A stretch of DNA of 61,252 nt, counting the filler, from Chiloscyllium plagiosum (lineage: Eukaryota), in the NCBI RefSeq assembly GCF_004010195.1. It is 3 parts of one record of this genome, joined end to end, with 100 filler letters (N's around TTAATTAATTAA, not from the genome) between each part and the next. Parts side by side here need not be neighbours in the genome. Positions count along the whole stretch, not along the records: positions 47,314 to 61,252 come from NC_057715.1; 2 more parts are not named here. One strand, given 5' to 3'. Under the pieces are notes generated by a model. The model ran no database searches. It saw only the letters and a program-made list of their open reading frames with translations, and was not told the DNA's origin. Positions 49,948 to 61,252 of this stretch are shown here, piece by piece; positions within the stretch are counted from its first letter, which is position 1, and each line of letters starts with the position of its first letter. Both the position numbers and the translations under genes were made by a program.

Positions 49948-51368
49948 ATAACCTGGTGTTATGTGATTTTTAATTAAGTGTGGACATTAGCCTTTCCATT
50001 GTTCTTTGGCCACTTGAGACCATTTGCATACGTTCCATTTTCTCAGCTTCCACCTTTAAATTTGAGTGTGTTCAATACATATATTAGATATATTAGATTA
50101 CTTACAGTGTGGAAACAGGCCCTTCGGCCCAACAAGTCCACACCGACCCGTACATGAAAATTGTGATATTCTATAATGTATATAACATATACACATTGTC
50201 ACAAAAACAAAGTTGGTACAATAGTGGCTCTTGCTGTATGGGAAACATTTCTTTTAAGCAACTAGGAATTAACTATTAGCACAATAAGTGGAACTTTTTT
50301 TTCACAAGGCTGTGTTCAATATAATATTCACTATGCATTCAGCTTAGCATCCCAATATTTCAGTCTGGAAAGAAGTTCGAATTTGATCTTTCTCGGAGAA
50401 CTCATTCATGCATATAAGTTAAGACCACAAGATATAAGAACTAGTAGAGGCCAGTTGATCTTTTGAGGCAAATCCACCATTCACCAAAAATGTGACTGAT
50501 ATTCAACTTCAATTTCATCTTCTCACCCAGTCTCCACACCGATTGATTCATTCAGTGCCCAGAATTCTGTTGATCTCTGCTCAATAAGCATTGGATAATT
50601 GCTCGATGGCTAAACATCCACAGAACTCTTGGGTAGAGAATTCCAAAGATTTATACCTTTTTGCATAAATAAATCTTTCCACATTTTAGTTCTAAATGGG
50701 TCAGCCCTTGTTCTGAGATCATGAACGCATGTTCTAGATTTCCTTACTTGACCAGGAGAATACATTTTTTAGCATCTACGATATCATCAACCTTAGGACT
50801 ATTCTATTTCTATTAGACCATCTCTCTTGTGTTGGAACTCCCTCCATAACAGCACCATTTCTGGGGGGAGGGGGTGGGTACGTACGTTCAGTAAACAGAA
50901 TGCAATGGTTCATGAAGGCAGCTCACCAATACCTTCTCAAAAGCAAATAGCCATTACCAATATTTGCTGGCCCAGTTAGTGATGCATACAACCCATGAAT
51001 GAATAATAAAAAATGCAACTCAATGGAAAATAGGTCCAGTATACATTATCTCTCAGTTTTGGATAACTCTGTCACCTCAGGAAATAATATAGTAAATCAT
51101 CATTGCCCTCCCTCCCAGAGTAATGTCTTTAGATATGGAGACCAAACAGCACTGTGCCATACCAATGCCCTTGATGATTACAGGCTAATTATCTTCCCTC
51201 AGTTGAAGGTAATATATTTTTGAGCTGGAGTTTAACGGAGACAGGCATTCCATTCAGTATTTCCAAAGAAAGCCAAGGCGTTTCTAAGTCGAAGCTTCTT
51301 TTATAACAAAGAGATCAGTTTTAAATCACTCACTGTGTTTTAACAGGAGAAATGTATAGATGCCCTAC

Positions 51369-51551
51369 CTATGAGCAGGTATTTTTCGGTTTCCAGCAAT
51401 CAGGATGACATCACATAGCTGCTGCTGCTTCAGATAGATCTCCATCTTACAAAAGGTTTGCTCTGCATGGTTCACAGCCTGGAAGAGCTCCTCAGAGCTG
51501 CCTGCTTCCAAATCACTGTGTGGCATCAGGGGATGGCTAGTCACTGTCAGC
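51369..51551 (-). CDS. KLHL1: Internal coding exon of Kelch-like protein 1 (N-terminal part of BTB/POZ domain)
   Basis: Translates (R)[60 protein letters not shown](R). From recall this matches vertebrate KLHL1 ([44 protein letters not shown]) better than KLHL4 or KLHL5. Minus-strand acceptor ctccctttgtggtccacag|G and donor CATAG|gtaggg; 183 bp, phase 2-2. Confidence 0.9.
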
Positions 51552-52034
51552 CTGTGGACCACAAAGGGAGAAATGTGTTGTTGATGAAGTGCCAGAGATT
51601 TTGTAGTTTTAATCACGCTTTCCGCTGATAGCAGGCTTAAGGAAGCCAATACGAAAAAAAATCAATACATGCCGACGGCCTTCAACACAGAATATATGGA
51701 AATGAGCACAATCTATTGCTTGCAATCTTATCAAGGCTACCTGCTTTAACTCACAGAATGTCTTCATCATTAAGTCTCTTTTTATCTCCATGGCAGTTTT
51801 TCTTTGAGAGAAAATTGCTTCATGTTTCGACAGCAACAGAGCATAGTAAGCAATGTAAAAGATTTCTCTTTCTAAATAGCTATAGGTAACCTCATTACTT
51901 TCTCTTGAAATCTTTCTGTAAGCAATCAGGACACAGTGTAAAATTATCTAAACTTCAGTATTGAGCAAATTGAAATAACAGTGATTTAAAGTCAATCATA
52001 GACCTATATAAACTAGACTAGTTAAATCAAAAGG

Positions 52035-52390
52035 GAAGGTGATTGCCGAGTGGTTTTATCACTGGAATATTAATCCAGTGATTCAGGTAATGCTTTGGGA
52101 GCTGGGTTCGAATCCCGCCACAATAGATGGTGGGAGTTGAATCCAATAAAAAACTGGAATTAAGAATCTAATTATGACCATGAATCCATTGTCAATTGTT
52201 GGAAAAACCCACCTGCTCACTAATGCCTTTTAGGAAAGGGAAACTGGCATCCTGACCTGATCCAACCCATGTGATTCAAGACCCACAGAAATGTGGGTGA
52301 CTCTTAACTGCCCTCTGGGCAATTAGGGATGGGCAATAAATACTGGTGCAGCCAGTGATGCCTTCAAGCCATGAATGAATAATAAAAAAA
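52035..52390 (+). mobile_element. tRNA-derived SINE (second family)
   Basis: B-box gggttcgaatccc; ends ccatgaatgaataataaaaaa, a tail shared with the LINE 3' fragment at ~50890-51012. Confidence 0.75.
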
Positions 52391-52461
52391 AGACAATACT
52401 GCAGAACTGATTCTTAAATCCTCTGAACTAATATGTATTGCTTGAATGTTATGTAGAACAT

Positions 52462-52750
52462 GGGGTGGCAGGTGGCTCAGTGGAGTGATGCTGCTGCCTC
52501 ACAATACCAGTGGACTTGATTCCAGCTACGGATGACTATCTGCATGGAGTTTGCACATTCTCCCTGTGTCTGTGTAGTTTTCATTTGGATGCTTCGGTTT
52601 CCTCCAACAGTTCAGAAGTATGTAGGCTAGATGGATTGGCCGTGGAAAATGCAGGGTTACGGGGCTAGGGTAGCAGCTTGGGTCTGAGTGGGATGCTATT
52701 TGGTGGATCTTTGGAGGACTCAATGGCCCAAATGTTCTGCTTTCACATCA
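52462..52750 (+). mobile_element. Diverged HE1-like V-SINE
   Basis: ggtggctcagtgg head; ggagtttgcacattctccctgtgtctg. Confidence 0.75.
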
Positions 52751-52769
52751 GGAAAGGAACTAATATCTA

Positions 52770-53109
52770 GATAGATAGAGTCAATAGCCAGAGACTTTTC
52801 CCCCGGGCAGGATTGACTGGTACGAGGAGTCATAGTTTGAAGATATTAGGAGGAAGGTATAAAGGAGACGTCAGAGGTAGGTTCTTTACGCAGAGAGTTG
52901 TGAATGCATGGAATGTGTTGCCAGCTGTGGTGGTGGAAGCGAAGTCATTGGGGACATTTAAGCGACTGCTGGACATGCACATGGATAGCAGTGAGTTAAG
53001 GGGTGCGTAGGTTAAGTTACTATATTTTACATTAGGATTAAACCTCAGCACAACATCGTGGGCCAAAGCGCCTGTTCTGCACTGTACTTTTCTATGTTAT
53101 ATGTTCTAT
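52770..53109 (+). mobile_element. CR1 LINE 3' end
   Basis: TRSHSLKI.GGRYKGDVRGRFFTQRVVNAWN; ttctatg-type tail. Confidence 0.9.
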
Positions 53110-53183
53110 CGAATTGTCATTGCTGTAAATGTCTAACAAGCAGAAGCATTAAAGCTGGGTGTGAATCTGGACAAACAACAACT

Positions 53184-53480
53184 ATGGTTAGCGCTGCTGC
53201 CTCACAGCTCCAGGGTCCCAGGTTCAATTCCAGCCTTGGGTGACACTCTGTGTGGAGTTTGCACATTCTCCCCATGTCTGCATGGGTTTCCTCCAGGTGC
53301 TCCGGTTTCCTCCCACAGTCCCAAAGATGTGCAGATCAGGGGAATTGGCTATGCTAAACTGCCCATAGTGTTAGGTGCATTGGTTAGAATGAAATGGGTC
53401 TAGGTGGGTTACTCTTCGGAGGGTCAGTGTGGACTCGTTGGGTCGAAGGACCTGTTTCCACACTGAAGGGAATCTAATCC
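53184..53480 (+). mobile_element. HE1-like V-SINE
   Basis: tRNA head, V-domain and aatctaatc tail. Confidence 0.88.
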
Positions 53481-55009
53481 AGTCAATCTCAAGTTTCAAT
53501 TTATCTTAAAAATCCAAGTTAGAGAGCTCTTTACATGTGATTTAACTGGAACACTAAAACAGGTTTGAGGGGTTGCATGGCTTGCTACGACTCGAATGGA
53601 CTTGGTTTGTTGGTGTGAACAATAAATTAGATTGTTGTCCAAACACATTTTAAAATTATGGTTCATACATAAGCCGATCAATCTCTTTCTTTTCTAGATT
53701 TAATAAAAAACAAATAGCTTGACAGACTGTACAGTGGTGTTTGTGATATAAACCCTTGAGCAGAGGCTAGCACTGGTTGCCTCAGGCTGAAGCTACTTCC
53801 GGTCTTTGGATACTACATGCTGATGTTTTGGCCTTTCGTCTACAGCTCCTGTTAAACATGCTTTAGATATTATGACACTTCGGTTAATTTAGTCAACATA
53901 TAGTAAAACTTTGGGACCTCCATTAAGGAACTAGCTGAGCATTCAGAGGCATGTCACAAAAATGTTTGTGTCAGTTAATGGAAGAGGAGCTTATGAGGGA
54001 TTACTTGGTGCAATATACCAGGCACTTGAAATATAATTTATTAAGTAATGATATTTTTTGGGGGGTAGTTATTTTTCTAATGACACCATTATCAAATCTT
54101 AACACCAAAAAAACCCATGATCTCAAAACATTATTACGAAGAAGATGATAAATAACTGTAAATGTTTGTTTTGTAGATGCACTAATAATTGTGGCAAATC
54201 ATTTATCAGCTCCGGCTTAGATTGCTAAACATCATTACATGGGAAATTAAGATGTTTTGCTAAATTCTATCATTTACATAAACACTTTATTGGTGGATAT
54301 ATGATCTATCTACCTTACCTGAATGTCAATGCTTATTTGTGTTACTTTGGCTGTAGCTAGTACCAAAATATATCGAATTTTCATGAAGAATGTTTATAAC
54401 CATTAGTCAGAAATTTGGCAAGTAAATGACTAAGTGTGCTTTTACATTCCACACTTTGGGAGTGCTCGTTCTCCTTGAACAAATTCCAGCATTACATCTA
54501 TCCTATCTGCAGTAGTCACATTTCCCATACTTCAATTTAGTTCTGTTCGTTCAGCCAAAAATCAACGTGAAACAATTGGCAAAGGTTAGTTTGTTTGTGC
54601 AATGGTGTCCCATGCATGAGTACATATGAAAGATATGCAATAGAATCTTGAGTGCTTGCCTTTGTTAGTGAAGGTATAGTTTACAACAGAATCAGAGTTT
54701 TGAACAAAATTCATGGGCGCCACGAAGGATAGAACCTGAGATAGACGGAACTTGAATATTCTGATGCTGGCTGGCATGCCGGCCATTTTTTGGAAAGGCA
54801 GGATGAGGGTCTGAAGGGCTACCCATCTCGAAAGAGAAGGGTAACATATAGGCTCACTGGGAGCTTGATATGCTCAGTACAAGGAGGATGTCTGAAATTT
54901 TCCATTCATCTTCCAGTTTCTCAACATGACAGGGGTCAATTAATGAGCTGGATGAAGCAATGCAGAGGCAGGCTGGAGGCCAGTATTAACGCTGGGGGTG
55001 TAATGCCAT

Positions 55010-57044
55010 GATGCTGAGGTCTGGCTGACAGCACGATATCAGCATTTTGGCCTCTTTCTCTTTTTCTCATGTGCTAGCCTTCATCCCAGGAAGGACTTCG
55101 ATATCCAAATGTAATTGCTCCTTCTGTTGCTGTAGCTGCATTATAAGGGTTCATTTAAACAAGGAGACAAGTTAATCTCTCCACTAACCTCTTCAAAAAC
55201 AGGGTTGATTCCCCTTAAAGGAGACAATAGAGACTTCTTCTTGTCAGTGGTACCATTTATCCATTGTGTTAAATTTATTCGCTGCTTGTAGCTCCTTTGT
55301 GAATGTGAACTCAAAAGTTCGGCATCATCATTCTGTACATGAAATTTAGATATCACACAGCACCAGGTTATAGTCCAATAGGTTTATTTGGACTGAAATC
55401 AGGCCAAACTGTTTTATAAACCCAGGATTGCTGCATGGTTTGAAAGCAAGTAATTTGATACTGACCTCTGTCTGGCTGTGTGGTTACACCAGTGTTTGTA
55501 GGTAAACTGCAGCCAAAGGGTGAATGGGCAGCATATTGGAAATCAAGCCCCATTATTCTACGAGTCATCACAAAAGTTAAAAGTTTTAGAAATGTGCAAA
55601 ATTGCCCAATTTGCCGGATTTTCAGACCCTGATTGCTATAAATGTTTCAGTATTTAACAGAGGTTACAATTTATTACAAGTAATTAGATTCTAGCTACAA
55701 GTAAACAATTACAATCCATTGGCATATAACACTATTAACCAAAAGCGCGCGAGCGCACGGACACACACACGGAAGAAAACTGAGAATGCAGTTTAGTAAT
55801 CTTTGTTCATAAAATCTGTTGAGTTGTTTCTTGCTGATCCAAAAGTTTCTTTCTCAGCTTTCCATTTCCAAATGCTTCCAGTGGTTTACAAATGGCACTG
55901 GGTTGCTGACCACTTTATCTCTGACTTACCAATTAAAAGGTCACAGCTGGAGGAAAGATGAACTGACTTTCTTCAAGTTTAAAGTGGGCTTTAACTGCAG
56001 AGAACAGAGAAGGCTCTTGAACTGGTAGTGATCTGATCTTTTGTTTGCATCTTGTTCCCAGACCTAAGCTGTTTGGTATCCTGAGAACTAATCACACGGT
56101 TGTTGGCAAGCAAAAAGCCTCTGTCATTGATAACTGGTCACTAGCCTATAGACCAATCAATGTTTTGTTGCAGCTGGGGCGGCATGGTGGCTCAGTGGTT
56201 AGCACTGCAGCCTCACAGCAGCAGGTCCCAGGTTCGATTCCAGCCTCGGGTGACTGTGTGGAGTTTGCACATTCTCCCCGTGTCTGCGTGGGTTTCCTCC
56301 GGGTGCTCCGGTTTCCTCCCACAGTCCAAAGATGTGCAGGCTAGCTGAATTGGCCATGCTAAATTGCCCATAGTATTAGGTGCATTGGTTAGGGTGAAAT
56401 GGGTCTGAGTGGGTTACTCTTTGGAGGGTCGGTGTGGACTGGTTGGGCTGAAGGGCCTGTTTCCACACTGTAGGGAATCTAATCTAAAGCTCGGTGTGTC
56501 AATAATCCCTTGACTCCTGGAATAATGGGGCTTGATTTTCAGTATGCTGCCCAATCACCCCTTGGTTGCTGTAACCGTACATGGGTCAGTATCAAAATAA
56601 TTGCTTTTAAACCATGCAGTAATCCTGGGTTTATAAAACAGTTTGGCCTGATTTTAGTCCAAATAAACTTGTTGGACTATAACTTGGTGTTGTGTGATAC
56701 CTAAATTTCATGTACAGAATGATGATGCCGACTTTTGATTTCACTTGGCAAAGGAGTTACAAGCAGCGAATAAAATTAGCACAATGGATAAAAGGTACCA
56801 TCGACAAGAGAAGTCTCTATTGTCTCCTTTAAGGAGAATCAACCCTTTTTTTGAAGAGGTTAGTGGAGAGATTAACTTGTCTGCTTATTCGAATGAACCC
56901 TTATAATGCAGCTGCCTAAACTGAAGGAGCAAATACATTTAGATACAAAAGTCCTTCCTGGAGATGAAGGCTAGAGCATGAGAAAAAGAGAAAGAGAAAG
57001 AGGCCAACATACTGATATTGTGCTGTCAGCCAGACCTCAATATC
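55010..57044. repeat. ~550-bp inverted repeat (55010-55567 / 56511-57044)
   Basis: The arms are colinear reverse complements, e.g. gaggtctggctgacagcac / gtgctgtcagccagacctc and ggcatcatcattctgtacatgaaattta / taaatttcatgtacagaatgatgatgcc. Confidence 0.92.
56176..56486 (+). mobile_element. HE1-like V-SINE, near full length
   Basis: A-box tggctcagtgg, B-box ggttcgattcc, V-domain and aatctaatct tail. Confidence 0.9.
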
Positions 57045-57237
57045 CCTTAGAAATGGTTACAACCTTGGCAAAGTTATAAGAAACCAAACTAAAGTTTCAG
57101 AACCTTCCAGTGTTGCAGACTAACTGCAAAAAGACCAAAGTGTAGATGCCCTAACCCTTAAAGGCACAGCAACTCGGAAGGAGCTTTGAGTAGTTCCCTC
57201 ACAGACAAGTACTGAGAAGACTTCATGTTTTTGTACA

Positions 57238-57921
57238 AGAAAAGTGGAGTCACAGGTAGATAGGATAGTGAAGACGGCGTTTGGTATGCTTTCTCTTATT
57301 GGACAGAGCATTCAGAAGAGGAATTGAGAGGTCATGTAGCTGCTGTACAGGACACTGATTAGGTTACTTTTGGAATATTGTGTGCAATTCTGGTCTCTCA
57401 CTTATCAGAAGGATGTTGTGAAACTTGAAAGGGTTCAGAAAAGATTTACAAGCATGTTGCCAGGGTTGGAAGATTTGAGTTAAAGGGAGAGGCTGAATTG
57501 GCTGGGGCTGTTTTTCCTGGAGCGTCACAGGATGAGGGGTGACCTTATAGAAGTTGATAAAATCATGAGGGGAATGGATAGGGTAAATAGACAAGGTCTT
57601 TTACCTGGAGTGGGGGAGTCCTGAACTAGATGGCATAGATTTAGGGTGAGAGGGGAAAGATTTAAAAGGGACATAAGGGACAATATTTTCATGAAAAGAC
57701 TGGTGCGTGAATGGAATGAGCTGCCAGAGGAAGTGGTGGAGGCTAGTATTATTGCAACATTTTAATGGCATCTGGATGGGTATATGAATAGGAAGGGTTT
57801 AGAGGGATATGGGCCGAGTGCTGGCAAATGGAACTAGATTATGGGCCGAGTGCTGACAATGGAACTTGTTGGACCGAAGTGTCTGTTTCCTTACTGTACA
57901 TCTCTGTGACTCTATGACTCT
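57238..57921 (+). mobile_element. CR1 LINE 3' part
   Basis: LEYCVQFWS...LERVQKRFTSMLPGLE...RGDLIEV; (ctatga)n-like tail. Confidence 0.88.
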
Positions 57922-60821
57922 AAGAAACCAAGGCCCCAAAGTCTTTAAAGTCTAGGATTATTGAGTCAGGAAACAATCTTCAGTCAAGCATGAAGTAGGC
58001 CTCAGAGCTTTGACACTGATCATGAGCATTGAAGTTTCAGGTGAGATAGATAGAACCGCCACTCTATTATGTGACTATATGAGAGCTTTAAGAGATGTAT
58101 TTTGTTCTTTTTTTTAATGAAGAAAGGCTGAGACAGAAATGCTGAGCAGTCTTCTCCAAAGCCAATAAAGTAAGCAGCTTGTGAGATCTTAGGGTTTTTA
58201 AAACATTGGAACAATAGAAGCAGCCTGCATGGGTGGGGTCAAACTCCCAAAGAATCCCAATTCCTTTTAGTTTTAGCCTTCAGTAACAGTTGCTGTGATC
58301 TTGAAGGTAGTTGCGGAAGCTCTTATTCCTCTCTATGGTGCTACCAAAAGCTGGGATTCTCTTCCTGCTGTTAGAATTGAATGTGAAACAATCTATTTTA
58401 CTAAATTCGCCTTTACTAAGGGTATGTTTATAGGGTGTTACTACATTTTGAAAAGTTAATTTGTTGTAGTTAATATATATAATCTTGTTAAGCATTTTGA
58501 TACAGTGACAGTTAAGTCAATTCTTTTATTTTTATTTTGTCTGTATTTTAATTGTAGTGTATGAATAAAATATGTTTTATTCAAGCCTGGTAGTTTAACC
58601 AATCAAATTGCATCTGACATACAATACCTTATACTTAGCTTTAAAATAAGATAAAGTTAGACTATCTTCTTAGTATCTTTTGAAGAGAAATTCTGGCTGT
58701 TGTCAGGATCAAAGGCTTTGGGTTGGGTTGGGTTTTGGATTGTTGGACATTGTCCAACACAGGACATCAGGCAACAGCATACATTAGGGCTCCTTAGTGT
58801 TTTTGTACTCAATCCCATACGTCCACCTCGATGAAATCCACTGTTGGGTCCTGTTGCCTGTTACGCTCGACTTTTGACCAACCTCAGCTTCACTTCTGCA
58901 GTCTGATAAGCTTATGCTTCAGTTTCCATCGTCCTATTCGGTGCAAGGGCTTCCCCTTGCTATCAAATCTCAACTGCGATACCTCTCATTTGTTGAGGGA
59001 TTACAAGACTACTTCTGTTAAATTTAGGAACCATTTTTCAGTGCTCAGTTGTATCCCACATGTCAAAGATGTATAGGAGCATCATGAGTACACCAAGACA
59101 CTTTTTATTAAGCTGTAGCATTGCAAAGATATACAGCTACAGCTTATTGTAGACTAGTTTCTTTTTTTTCCCCATTTTCCAGAAGATAAGTAAGACAGTA
59201 AAGTATTGCCTCTTAACTTGTTATATTCAGTTACCACTAGGAAGCATCTCATGTGCTGCTGACATGACTGTAATGGTCAATTATTGGATAAAATCCGACC
59301 CTTCAATTCACAGTAGTGCAAATGGGGAATTGACAAATGTTTACTACAACTATTTGATGTTCTATTGAGATTTTGGCCAGAACAAAAACCTTCATCCATT
59401 AAAAAAAGCAAAGAATAGCCACTAGTGTGTGTCTGTGTGTGTAAGATGCAATGAAGTTGCATTGAAGCTTGTCCAAAGGTAATAAGTAGAAAGTCAACAG
59501 CTCTGAACCCATCTTCAGACAACTCACTGCTTGCATCTGATTGTGACAATTTATGTACAGAATGAGTACCCATGGCAATACAAAATTCCACCTCTGAAAG
59601 ATCTTCAGTCAGTAGCGATAATAGGAATTGATCTCAATATCATGCTGCTGTCCATCATATCGAGATAAAAGAGACACGCTGATGAGAATTTAGCAGCAGT
59701 ATTTTGTTCCCTGTTTTGATTCCATACATCTCAATTGAATTCCAAGAAGCCAATCATCTACTGCATGGAATAAAATTCTTAAGATATTAACAATCTATAA
59801 AACAAATATTCCACCAAAAATACAAATATTTTCTTCCTGCACTCATAGCTGGGAAAGATAGCTTTTCGCAACAATGTTTTCTTTTATTAAAAACTGAATT
59901 GGCAAAATCAAATATAACTGCAGCTTAAAAGCAATTCCTATGATTTGAAAAAAATGTAAAACAGAGTTGCAGTCCAAAGCAAAAAGCATAAGCAGCACGA
60001 AAGTGATGGATTTTAAGTTCACACTTGATGCCACTTGCTATTTCCATAAAATAAGCCAAAATAATTCTGACCAGAATTGGTTAACTTAGTTGCTTTAATT
60101 CTAAGTATTTGCAAACATTCTGCCAAGCCTGGTGAAAGAAAGAAGGTTAGTGTATATGTGTTTAATTCCTTCATTGCATGTGGGAATCACCAGAAAGACA
60201 AAGTCATCTGTGCTTTGGACACTTCCAAATGCTCTTGTCGATAGGGTGGACAAAGAGACACAGAACTCAGTTTGCAGTTTAATTCAATTTTATGAACAAA
60301 ATATTCCTTATTAAAACATTGTGTGAGCATTTCTCAAATTCCCACAATATTTGGGATATTATCTACACCATTCTGCCCCAGTTCTTATTCATTGTGATGC
60401 GATCAGTGGTTGGAGGGCTAACAGCCGGTCAATGACTGCTGAACAAGTCTGAATGGATTAATACTGAGGAGTGCCGTAAGAACCGTTCACTATATTAATA
60501 TGTGGACCTCTGGGAAGAACAGTCTCAATCTCAAAGGAATAAGCCCCAACATTTGCTGCTTCATTAAGTCTCTAACACTGCCGATTATATTGATGCAACC
60601 TGTAACTAGATACTAACATGCAATACATTATATTTTGTTAACACCAAGAGGCCCTCAGTTGAAAATGAAGTTGTATTCTTCTGCCACACTAGACAGATCA
60701 AATTCTGTGGTTTCGAGCACTTTAATAGGATGGTGACAGCAACCTAATGTGAGGAACAGTGAGCTAGCAGGCTCATGCAACAATGGCGAGTACCCAATTG
60801 AGGAAAGTCAATGTGACATTT

Positions 60822-60990
60822 CTGCCTATTGTCAGAGGTCAATGTTTTTGTTGGTAGAGTTCCGGTTGGAATGCCATGCTTCTAGGAATTCTCGTGCGTG
60901 TCTGTGTTTGGTCTGTCCTAAGATGGATGTGTTGTCCCAGCCGAAGTGGTGTACCTCCTCATCTGTATGTAAGGATACAAAGGAGATGTA
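60822..60990 (-). mobile_element. Penelope/Poseidon-type GIY-YIG fragment
   Basis: SLHTDEEVHHFGWDNTSILGQTKHRHAREFLEAWHSNRNSTNKNIDL; same family as 23139-23528. Confidence 0.8.
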
Positions 60991-61252
60991 AGGAGAAAGA
61001 CTGCAAAAAGCCACATAACTGTGTATAATGCAAAAAGCCATATTTCTGTGTATAATGCAGAAGTTGCAGGATCAGTTCTTTCCAAAAAGGAAGAAAGATC
61101 CTAGGAGGAAGCATGGGTGGCTGTTGCTGATGAGGGAAGTTAATAAACATATAAAGTTAAAAGAGAAAAAGTATAACATAGCAAAGATAAGTGGGAAAAC
61201 GGAGGACTGGGAAGCTTTTAAAGAACAACAGAGGATTACTAAGAAGGAAATA

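Noticed and set aside
51552..51649. N-terminal extension MASLSLL... of the KLHL1 ORF
   Set aside because: It starts at TTG and lies upstream of a good splice acceptor, so it is intronic read-through.
56176..56250. tRNA gene (A/B boxes; similar heads at 49650, 52035 and 53184)
   Set aside because: These are SINE heads continuing into SINE bodies and LINE-type tails; there is no complete cloverleaf.
57930..58700. LTR-like blocks (also ~14300-14900 and ~39000-39990)
   Set aside because: The composition is suggestive, but I could not establish termini, TSD or a partner LTR.

Overview
This is a eukaryotic, AT-rich, repeat-dense window. The repeat families (HE1-type V-SINEs, CR1/HER1-like LINEs, Penelope-like elements) point to a cartilaginous fish, probably a shark (inference). 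The only host coding sequence I can support is one 183-bp minus-strand exon (51369-51551) encoding the start of the BTB domain of a Kelch-like protein, best matching KLHL1, so the rest is most likely intron. The remainder is a mosaic of CR1, L2 and RTE LINE fragments, tRNA-derived SINEs, a decayed Ty3/Gypsy element with short LTRs, Tc1/mariner-type MITEs and many Penelope-like (PLE, RT + GIY-YIG) fragments. There are also two artificial gap linkers. The most notable signals are: (1) more than ten minimal hammerhead-ribozyme-like motifs (CUGAnGA-stem-GAAA-nn-UH) from several PLE-type families; (2) a ~220-230-bp palindromic non-coding unit carrying two such motifs in opposite orientations, bounded by 13-bp target-site duplications; (3) several fold-back or reiteration signatures at insertion junctions; and (4) a ~550-bp inverted duplication. 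Repeat boundaries were read by eye and are approximate; no searches were run.
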